64,000 nt of DNA from an uncultured Clostridia bacterium (GTDB taxonomy: Bacteria > Bacillota > Clostridia > Christensenellales > UBA1242), in contig CAMSQA010000005.1 of NCBI GenBank assembly GCA_947062475.1, positions 2,013-66,012 on the forward strand. Reading direction: 5' to 3'. Made by a program: the position numbers and the translations under genes. A model generated the notes under the pieces. That model was not told the origin of the DNA, searched no databases, and worked only from the letters and a program-made list of their open reading frames with translations. Below, in pieces: positions 42,434 through 50,500 of the stretch; positions within the stretch are counted from its first letter, which is position 1; each line of letters begins with the position of its first letter.

Positions 42434-43150
42434 ATGGGGTTATATATCGGATATTTTGTATGCGGAATTGCCATAGTGGTGGCGATCATTATTGCACTAG
42501 TTGCACAAGGGAAAGTTTCAAGTGCTTTTAATCAATATAAAAAAGTAGATTCATCATTGGATATGACTGCTGCTCAACTTGCTGAAAGACTAGCGCAAGA
42601 ACACGGAGTAAATATACAAATTGGCTCTTGTCAAGGCACTCTTAGTGACCATTACAACCCAAGAACAAAAACTTTGAATATTTCACAAGGTAACTTTAAT
42701 TCAAAGTCGCTTGCCGCACATGCCATTGTCGCACATGAATTTGGACATGCCCTTCAAGATAAAGAAGGTTATCAAGCACTAAAAATAAGACAGGTTGTTG
42801 TCACTGCGACCAATTTTGTATCTTCATTATTGATCCCAATTATAATTGCTGGTCTTATAATGAATTTATTGTTTTTCATGAGTGCAGGCAGCATATTAAT
42901 TTATGTATATGTGGGCATATATGCTCTTTCTGTTATTGCAAGCCTTGTGACTTTGCCTGTTGAATACAATGCTTCAGCTAGGGCGAAAAAGATTTTATAC
43001 GAAATGGGCTGCACATCTTCTGAAGAAGTGGAAGGGACTGACAAACTTCTGAATGCAGCTGCAATGACATACGTAGCTTCACTAATCGTTTCACTTGCAT
43101 ATTTTTTAAGAATGCTATTCTTGCTTTTAGCAATTACACGAGACAGATAA
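42434..43150 (+). CDS. Membrane zinc metallopeptidase, YugP family
   Basis: LSDHYNPRTKTLNIS ... SLAAHAIVAHEFGHALQD is a close match to the YugP-type putative neutral zinc metallopeptidase pattern. It is a tandem paralog of the preceding gene. Confidence 0.8.
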   Translation: MGLYIGYFVCGIAIVVAIIIALVAQGKVSSAFNQYKKVDSSLDMTAAQLAERLAQEHGVNIQIGSCQGTLSDHYNPRTKTLNISQGNFNSKSLAAHAIVAHEFGHALQDKEGYQALKIRQVVVTATNFVSSLLIPIIIAGLIMNLLFFMSAGSILIYVYVGIYALSVIASLVTLPVEYNASARAKKILYEMGCTSSEEVEGTDKLLNAAAMTYVASLIVSLAYFLRMLFLLLAITRDR

Positions 43151-43181
43151 AAAATCGCTCTTTGAAAAGAGCGATTTTTTT
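43151..43181. terminator. Rho-independent terminator (bidirectional)
   Basis: An 11-bp stem pairs AAATCGCTCTT (43152..43162) with AAGAGCGATTT (43167..43177), with loop TGAA, followed by a T-run. Confidence 0.8.
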
Positions 43182-43255
43182 AACTAAAAAGGTTATTACA
43201 CTTAATTAAATGATTTTTTATTAAATATAAATGATTTTTTAAAAATAAATGTTTT

Positions 43256-44632
43256 TTAGTTGAATTTTATTCTTTTTGCGATATAATCAACAAGTTCATC
43301 AGTTTTTATCCTTATCTGTTGCATGCTGTCGCGATCACGAATTGTGACAGTGTCATCTTCAAGAGTGTCAAAATCAATTGTTACACAGAAAGGTGTCCCG
43401 ATTTCATCCTGTCTGCGATAACGTTTTCCAATAGAACCTGCGTCATCATAATCGCACATAAATTCTTTGCTGAGCATTGAATAGATTTCTTTAGCCTTTT
43501 CACCAAGATTTTTTTGAAGAGGAAGGATTGCAACTTTATATGGTGCAATTGCAGGGTGGAAGTGCATTACAACTCTTGTTTCACCATTTTCAAGAGTCTC
43601 TTCTTCGTAAGCTTCACACATAAGAGCAAGAGTAAGCCTATCAGCACCAATAGAATATTCAACAACTGTTGGAAGATATTTTTCATTAGTGACAGGATCA
43701 AGATAGCTCATATTTTTGCCGCTAAATTCTTGATGTCTACTTAAATCCCAAGTGCCACGATGATGAATACCATTAAGTTCTTGCCAGCCCATTGGGAATA
43801 GATATTGAATATCACATGCCGCCTTTGCATAGTGTGCAAGCTTATCGTGGTCATGATATCTTAAATGATCTTCTTTTAAACCTAAATCGTTGACGAAAAT
43901 CCATGCTCGTTTTTTATAATCATCATAGATATTCATACTGTCATCATCTTTACAAAATTTTTGAAGTTCCATCTGTTCAAACTCGATAGTTCTGAAAAGA
44001 AAGTTGCCAGGTGTAATTTCATTCCTGAAAGATTTTCCAATTTGTGCAATAGCAAAAGGCACTTTTGCACGGGCTGAACGCTGAATATTGAGAAAATTTA
44101 TATATTCTCCTTGACAAGTTTCTGGTCTTAAATAAACAATGTCACTATTGTCACCAGTCATCGCTCTTGAAGTTGTAAACATAGGGTTGAATTTTCGAAT
44201 TTGAGTGAAATCCCTTTTGCCACAGTTTGGACATTTTACATCATGTTCTTCAATATATGCTTCCATTTCTTCATTTGTCATGCCTTCAGCTGATATTTTC
44301 CCCTTGCTGTGGTTTTCAATCAAGGTATCAGCACGATGCCTAGTTTTGCAATTTTTGCAATCCATTTTTGGATCGCCAAAACTTTCAACATGCCCTGAAG
44401 CATGCCAAACTGTTGGATTCATAAGGATAGCAGCATCAACGCCATAAGTTGATGGATCTTCTTGAACAAATCTTTTCCACCATGCGCGTTTAATATTGTT
44501 TTTCAGTTCTACACCAATAGGACCAAAATCCCATGTGTTTGCAAAACCACCATAGATTTCACTTCCTTGAAAGATAAAACCACGTGATTTTGAAAGGTTT
44601 ACTATTTTTTCCATTGTCAATTTTGTTTGCAT
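43256..44632 (-). CDS. glyQS: Glycine--tRNA ligase (dimeric GlyQS type)
   Basis: 458 aa. The N-terminus is RGFIFQGSEIYGGFANTWDFGPIGVELKNNIKRAWW. An AAGGAG SD lies 7 nt before the ATG at 44632. The gene is preceded by a T-box leader. Confidence 0.93.
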   Translation of the reverse strand: MQTKLTMEKIVNLSKSRGFIFQGSEIYGGFANTWDFGPIGVELKNNIKRAWWKRFVQEDPSTYGVDAAILMNPTVWHASGHVESFGDPKMDCKNCKTRHRADTLIENHSKGKISAEGMTNEEMEAYIEEHDVKCPNCGKRDFTQIRKFNPMFTTSRAMTGDNSDIVYLRPETCQGEYINFLNIQRSARAKVPFAIAQIGKSFRNEITPGNFLFRTIEFEQMELQKFCKDDDSMNIYDDYKKRAWIFVNDLGLKEDHLRYHDHDKLAHYAKAACDIQYLFPMGWQELNGIHHRGTWDLSRHQEFSGKNMSYLDPVTNEKYLPTVVEYSIGADRLTLALMCEAYEEETLENGETRVVMHFHPAIAPYKVAILPLQKNLGEKAKEIYSMLSKEFMCDYDDAGSIGKRYRRQDEIGTPFCVTIDFDTLEDDTVTIRDRDSMQQIRIKTDELVDYIAKRIKFN

Positions 44633-44639
44633 AAATAAA

Positions 44640-44983
44640 CTCCTTTTTAAGTAATTTTTTCTATTTTGAGGTCACTATTTTAATAAAATATCATTTATAT
44701 ATTATTAAAATTGTAAAGTGCGGAAACTTTTTTACAACTATAAAAATAGTAGTTATGTGCTTGCTTTATAAATAAAAAAGCCCCACTGCCATAAAGCAAT
44801 AGGGGCGTGTTTTATTACGCTGTTCCACCCTAATTCACGATTAAAAATCGCCTTCATTATTGTCTTTTCGCAGACATTGCGTTAAACTCCAGAGTTGCCA
44901 ATTCTATCATAGTTTAAATTTTTTTGACTACCAAAGTTTACAATTGGCAGCAAGTTTAAAGGTCATTTTCCAACCTTTATACA
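44640..44983 (-). promoter_or_regulatory. T-box riboswitch leader of glyQS
   Basis: Read on the minus strand, the T-box sequence is AATTAGGGTGGAACAGCG (44835..44818). It is followed by a terminator hairpin (CCCTATTGC/GCAGTGGG, about 44806..44780) and a T-run (44779..44774). GGC (Gly) triplets lie at 44899..44897 and 44852..44850. A Stem-I-like pairing TGCCAATT/AATTGGCA is also present. Confidence 0.8.
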
Positions 44984-44989
44984 TAAAAC

Positions 44990-45018
44990 ATTATAAACAA
45001 TGTAATTTGATTTGTCAA
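44990..45018 (-). promoter_or_regulatory. Perfect-consensus promoter driving the glyQS T-box leader
   Basis: Read on the minus strand: TTGACA (45018..45013), a 17-nt spacer, then TATAAT (44995..44990). Confidence 0.65.
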
Positions 45019-45104
45019 CTTTTTAATCATATATTTTATTTTAAACTTTACTTTTTAATTTTGTTGTGTTAATATATCAATTGATATACATATTAGGAGT
45101 AAAC

Positions 45105-45689
45105 ATGATAAAAACCTTTTATTCTTTAGATGGCTCATGTCAGCTTGAACTTGAGTTTGAAAAAGTTGACCTTATAAATTCTAAAGATATTGTTTCGCTG
45201 ATAAAAGATTTCACCAATGGAAATGTTGTAGTTGCCACGCGCGATAAAAGCGTTTTTGCAACAAAAGCACAAGAGGGGAGAGAAATTGACAATCGGATGC
45301 GTTATCAAATTGGTGGAAGATCTTATGTTTTGAAAAATGAACTTAAAAAGGTCAATAAACGAGATGTAGAATTGGATTCTATGCTTGCGTGTTTTAATAA
45401 TGGTTTCACTTTAATTATTAAAGGTGAAAAATTTAAGGAAAGTTTTAAGCAAACAGATGAAGTTTGGGAAATGTATGCACCTATTGACGAAAATAAGAAA
45501 TATATTAAAATAAACAAAAATATATATTTTATGACGCTTTGGGGAGAAATTGTAATTGCACCAAAAGGTTCATTTTTATGTATTGAAAACTTGAAAATGA
45601 GAGAGTTTTATATCGTGCCAAATTCATATTTTAAACAGGCATATACAATTAAGGAAGAGTTGGGGAAAATTGATAATTTATCAAAATAA
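45105..45689 (+). CDS. Orphan protein (194 aa), unknown function
   Basis: I prefer the ATG at 45105 (MIKTFYSLDG) because an AGGAG SD lies 5 nt upstream; the track start is 45066. It has no TM segment and no recognised motif. Confidence 0.65.
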   Translation: MIKTFYSLDGSCQLELEFEKVDLINSKDIVSLIKDFTNGNVVVATRDKSVFATKAQEGREIDNRMRYQIGGRSYVLKNELKKVNKRDVELDSMLACFNNGFTLIIKGEKFKESFKQTDEVWEMYAPIDENKKYIKINKNIYFMTLWGEIVIAPKGSFLCIENLKMREFYIVPNSYFKQAYTIKEELGKIDNLSK

Positions 45690-45700
45690 ATATAAAAAAT

Positions 45701-45732
45701 AAAAAAAAGAGGAGTTTTTGCCTCTTTTTTTT
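45701..45732. terminator. Candidate bidirectional terminator between convergent genes
   Basis: AAAGAGG (45706..45712) pairs with CCTCTTT (45721..45727), with an 8-nt loop. It is flanked by an A-run and a T-run. Confidence 0.55.
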
Positions 45733-45744
45733 GCTAAATTTTTA

Positions 45745-47325
45745 TTATTTTGAATATTTTTCAAGATATTCTTGATAAGTCCCAGTGAAGTCAATATACT
45801 TATTTTCATCGACAATATCAATAATTCTGTTGGCAACTGTTTCAATGATTTCTTGATCATGTGTGGCAAACAGCATATTGCCTCTAAAATTTACCATTCC
45901 TTTGTTGAGGGCTGTGATTGACTCAAGGTCAAGATGGTTTGTTGGCTCATCTAAAATTACAAGATTGCCTTGTTCAAGCATCATCTTTGCAAGCATACAT
46001 CTGACGCGTTCACCACCAGAAAGCACATTTGCTGGTTTTAAATTTTCTTCGCCAGTGAAAAGCATTCTGCCAAGCCAACTTCTAATATATGTTTCATTTT
46101 GGTCTTGTGAATATTGTCTTAGCCAATCAACAATAGAGGAGGTATTGCCTTCAAAAAATTCGTTGTTGTTTTGTGGGAGATTTGTCATTTTTATCGTTTT
46201 TCCAATAAACACTTGCCCATGATCAGGCTTTTCATTTCCAAGAATAATATTGAATAAAGTGGTTAAAATTTGGCTATTTTTTGCAAAAAATACCACTTTT
46301 TGTCCTTTTTCAATGTTGAAAGATAAATTTTTAAACATTCCAGTCTTTGTCAAATGGTCTACTTTTAATATTTCTTTGCCTATTTCTTGACTATATTCAA
46401 AGTTGATGTATGGATACTTTCTTGAAGAAGGTTTGATGTCCTCAATAGTAAGTCTTTCAAGCTCTCTCTTTCTGCTTGTTGCTTGCTTTGATTTTGAAGC
46501 ATTGGCTGAGAAACGGGCGATAAATTCTTTAAGTTCTTTCGCACGTTGTTCTGACTTCTTATTTTGGTCTTTCATCTGTCTCAAAATGAGCTGACTTGAT
46601 TCATACCAGAAATCATAATTTCCGATAAACATATTTATTTTTCCATAGTCAACGTCACAAATATGAGTGCAGACTTTATTTAAAAAGTGTCGGTTGTGCG
46701 ATACGATGATGACAATGTTTTCAAAATCCAAAAGATATTCTTCAAGCCAGCGAGAAGTTTTGAAATCAAGGTTGTTTGTAGGCTCGTCTAAAATTAGAAT
46801 ATCAGGATTTCCAAAAAGTGCTTGAGCAAGAAGTATTTTTACCTTTATTTTTGCGTCCAAACTGCCCATAAGGCTGTCAAACATGCTTTCTTCAATTCCC
46901 ATATTTTGAAGCAAACTTTTGGCTTCGCTTTCTGCCTCCCATCCACCAAGTTCAGCAAATTCAGTTTCAAGTTCTCCCGCTCTCAATCCATCTTCTTCAG
47001 AAAAGTCTGCTTTCATATAAAGTTCATCTTTTTCTTTTTGAATTTCCATCAGTCTTTTGTGACCAAGAAGCACAGTGTTTAAAACTGTTTCATTATCATA
47101 TGCATTTTGGTTTTGTGCCAAAACTGACATTCTTTCGCCAGGTGTAATTGAAATTTCGCCAGTATTTGGCTCTATTTCTCCAGTTATGATTTTTAAAAAT
47201 GTGGATTTACCCGCACCGTTTGCACCTATAATGCCATAACAATTTCCTTTTGTAAATTTTAAATTGACATCTTTATAAAGCACTCGTCCGCCAAATGCGA
47301 GTGAAATATTTGTAACTTGTAACAT
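45745..47325 (-). CDS. ABC-F family ATPase (two fused ABC domains, no TM domain; translation-factor type)
   Basis: I prefer the ATG at 47325 (MLQVTNISLAFGG) because an AAGGAG SD lies upstream; the track start is 47430. NBD1 has Walker A GANGAGKST. NBD2 has signature LSGGERVR. Both Walker B motifs are ILDEPTN. A charged inter-domain linker is present. NBD2 Walker A (FAKNSQILT) and the NBD1 signature (GSLDAKIKV) are degenerate. Confidence 0.88.
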   Translation of the reverse strand: MLQVTNISLAFGGRVLYKDVNLKFTKGNCYGIIGANGAGKSTFLKIITGEIEPNTGEISITPGERMSVLAQNQNAYDNETVLNTVLLGHKRLMEIQKEKDELYMKADFSEEDGLRAGELETEFAELGGWEAESEAKSLLQNMGIEESMFDSLMGSLDAKIKVKILLAQALFGNPDILILDEPTNNLDFKTSRWLEEYLLDFENIVIIVSHNRHFLNKVCTHICDVDYGKINMFIGNYDFWYESSQLILRQMKDQNKKSEQRAKELKEFIARFSANASKSKQATSRKRELERLTIEDIKPSSRKYPYINFEYSQEIGKEILKVDHLTKTGMFKNLSFNIEKGQKVVFFAKNSQILTTLFNIILGNEKPDHGQVFIGKTIKMTNLPQNNNEFFEGNTSSIVDWLRQYSQDQNETYIRSWLGRMLFTGEENLKPANVLSGGERVRCMLAKMMLEQGNLVILDEPTNHLDLESITALNKGMVNFRGNMLFATHDQEIIETVANRIIDIVDENKYIDFTGTYQEYLEKYSK

Positions 47326-47343
47326 TTTTTCTCCTTTCATGCA

Positions 47344-47383
47344 AGTATAACTTAAAAACAAATAATTGTCAATTAAAATTGAC
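47344..47383 (-). promoter_or_regulatory. Consensus promoter of the ABC-F gene with a palindrome over the -35
   Basis: Read on the minus strand: TTGACA (47372..47367), a 17-nt spacer, then TATACT (47349..47344). A perfect inverted repeat GTCAATT-AA-AATTGAC lies at 47368..47383. Confidence 0.55.
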
Positions 47384-47485
47384 TTTAAAGATATTAAAAA
47401 AGAAAAGAGAAAACTAAATATTTTCAGCAATTATATTTATAATATATATATTACTAAAATTATTTATTAAAAGGGTCAAATTTAT

Positions 47486-47514
47486 TTGCCTTTTTCATGG
47501 CAAAAATTTATACT
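47486..47514 (+). promoter_or_regulatory. Candidate promoter of giant gene 2
   Basis: TTGCCT (47486..47491), a 17-nt spacer, then TATACT (47509..47514). The spacer contains the inverted repeat TTTGCC ... GGCAAA. Confidence 0.5.
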
Positions 47515-47589
47515 TGTAATGAAGGATTTAATAAATATTAAATCAACTTACTACATTTTGATTTAGCCATATTTTTAGAGGGGTCATAA

Positions 47590-50500
47590 ATGAAAAAGAA
47601 AAATAAGAAGATTAAAGAAGAAAAGAAAAAAGAAGGAAAGTTTAAGTCTAAATGGAAAACGTGGATGACGGTTGTTGTGACAATAGCAAGCGTTTTTGCT
47701 ATTTCTGGTGCAACCGTGCTTGGCGTTTATCTTGCAGGTGGCTTCGATGAAAAAAATATCATGCCTGAAAGTATAGATTTTAATTATAATGACGGTTTGT
47801 TTAATGCTCAAAGAGGACAACTTGAAGTTGGTGAAGATTTTCAGCTTACTATCACAACTCCAACTCAAGAGGTGACTCGTAGAAAAGTTGAACTTTCTTT
47901 TGGGGGCGATGTAGTCATTGGATATGACCCAGAAAATAAACTTATTTCAAATGGTTCTATTCAAGTCCCTCAATATGTGTCAATAGGACGTCCTTTCAAT
48001 GTTCATCTTTTAAATGACCACCTTAAAGATGAAAATGGAAATGCGATAAAAGATACAAATGAAAATTATATAGACTGGATTGTCGGGGGAATCTCAACTC
48101 TTATTGCACGTTCTGAAAATATACATATTGGTTCAGCAAGCATAAAAATCGCAGTTGATGTGCCTGTTTATTCGACTGAAACGCTTGTTTATAACTCTAA
48201 AGGAGAACTCACAACACAGGTTGTGAGAAATGAAAGATTTACAGTTGAAACAAAATATATTCCTGCAGACAGTAAATACATGTTTTCTGATAATAAAAGC
48301 ACAATTGATTCATCTTTATGGAGAGAAAAACATTCTTACTATGAAGCAGAAAGCGAAGAAAACACAGTTGAGGCAGTTTATGACGGAAAGCATCAAGTGC
48401 ATTTTGTTGCTTCAAATCAGGCAGCTGATAATATAAAAATAAATGGCTATACATTTGAAACTGCAAAAGCTCAATTAGATTATGATGCTCTTGTTGGAGA
48501 TATTGATGGTGAATATTATTATACAGGCGTGCTTGGATATTTAAGAGACAACACTGACGACAGTGAGGACAACAAAATTGTCGAAAGTTCTTTTAAAACA
48601 ATTTCAATTGGCGAAGAAAATATTGGCAGATTTAATGTTTCATCACAAACAATAAAAATGAATGTTGAAACATCACTTAACTTGTATTTAAACAATTATC
48701 CATATCAAAGCAATAGCGATTATTTAGGTGTAAAAGTTTATTCATCCTCTGGTCTATTACTTGACAATCTCTTAAAAAATATTGTCATTTCATTTGATAA
48801 TAATGGTGTTGACCCAACTCAAGGTGAAAATAAGATTTTAAGCATTATTGGAGATAGTGAAATTCCTTATGTGGATATAGATGGAAAGCGTTTTTACAAA
48901 TCTAATTCTGAGGTAAATGACATACGTTTTTCAAATTGGAAATTAACCGCCACCCAAGCGATGGATTTAAAAATTAATGTTGCACTCCTTGTAAATGATG
49001 GGACAGAATTATTTGCAAGTCCAAGTGGTGAGGCAATGATTAGTCAGGTGAACCTGAAAATTTCAAAACATGAAGAAAAACCTCTTTCATGGACTGATCA
49101 AGATGACCTCAATGTGCTTTTAAATTATCAAATAGTTGATAATGAAAGCAAGATTGAAGCTGTCACAATTGACCTCAACCAGTTTGTATCTGTGCCTGAA
49201 GAAAATAAATATAAGGATACAGTATTCTTTGCTTGGTTTGGCGATGGTCCTCTTGCCGATTATATTGAAACTGCAAATAGAATTATAGGGGAAAATGGAT
49301 ATATTCTTGAAAGATCTGGCAGATATCAAGTAAATGCAAGCAGAACGTCAACTTTGTTTGCTCTCAATGGCTCTCGTATTACTCTTTATAATACAGGTGA
49401 ATTTGCTATTTATTTTGCAACAGTAAAACCAAATGGTGCGAATGAACTTTATGATATAGTTGAGATGAGCAGCACTTCAAAAAGTGTGACTTCAAAGACT
49501 GCGTTGTATAAAAATTCTATAAGCGATTATGAAATTGATGCGACAAACTTTAATGATGAAAATGAAAATGAAATTTCAATCAATCTTGGAAGTGACCTTA
49601 GCTTTAATTTACGTTTCACTATTGCACCTGAATCAGTGCCAGTATTTAAAGATGAATTTCAAAAAGGTTATGTTCGACCTTTAATCTATGATATTGCAGG
49701 AAATGATATATCAGAGTATTTTACATTCGGAGAAGGTCTTATTTTGACTGATGACGAAAAAAATGCTGTGATTGTAGAATATAAAGTTACAACAAAATCG
49801 TCTATTCAAATTGATAGTGCAAATGGAATTTATCTAGGCTATATCTCTCTCATCTATGATAACAATCAAGATCAAGCAATAGAATGGAAAAGAGAGACAA
49901 GTCTTATTTCAGAAAAGCTTGTCAATATTTACAAACCAAAAGCAGTAAATATTGAGATGAGCAACAAATCGGAAGTTTACAATGCCATTGCTGATGGCAA
50001 TAATAACACTATTACAGTTGACCAAAGTCTCACTCAAAATGGTGGATTTAATACTACAATCAAGGTTACTCTTCTTGACGGAACGATAAAAACCTTCAAC
50101 AATGTCACTGAATTTATCAATAATGTGGTAGGTGCAAATGGTGCAAACTTTGAAATTACTGACCAAAAAGGAAAGACAAATACACTTAGAAATCAGTGGA
50201 AATTTGCTGTCAGTGCAGGCAATTCTGCTATAATAAATTTTCTTACAAATGGACAATCTTTTGCATTTAGAAATACAAACTCAAATTCTTATATCCCTCT
50301 GACTCTTATTATAAAAAGCAATGACGGGGAATCAACACTTTCTGAAAATGGAAAGACTTTTGAAATAAAATTTGAAGTTAAAGCTACAGGAATTTCAAAA
50401 ATAAGATATGATTCAGAAAATCCAAAGACCTATGAAACAAGCGTTACTACTGAAAGCACTGATACATCAAAAGAAGTAATTGTAAAAAAATATGGTGCTG

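Noticed and set aside
43208-43257. Three direct repeats of AAATGATTTTTTA / AAATGTTTTTTA downstream of glyQS.
   Set aside because: They are short, extremely AT-rich and form no hairpin. The last copy overlaps the glyQS stop codon. They are most likely low-complexity chance similarity.
44860-45072. A 70-aa plus-strand ORF in the glyQS upstream region.
   Set aside because: The region is fully explained by the minus-strand T-box leader and its promoter. The translation is low complexity and there is no SD.
47584-47868. A 94-aa minus-strand ORF overlapping the start of giant gene 2.
   Set aside because: It is the mirror image of the Lys-rich (AAG/AAA) N-terminal tail codons, giving poly-Phe/Leu. 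It has no SD and no independent support.
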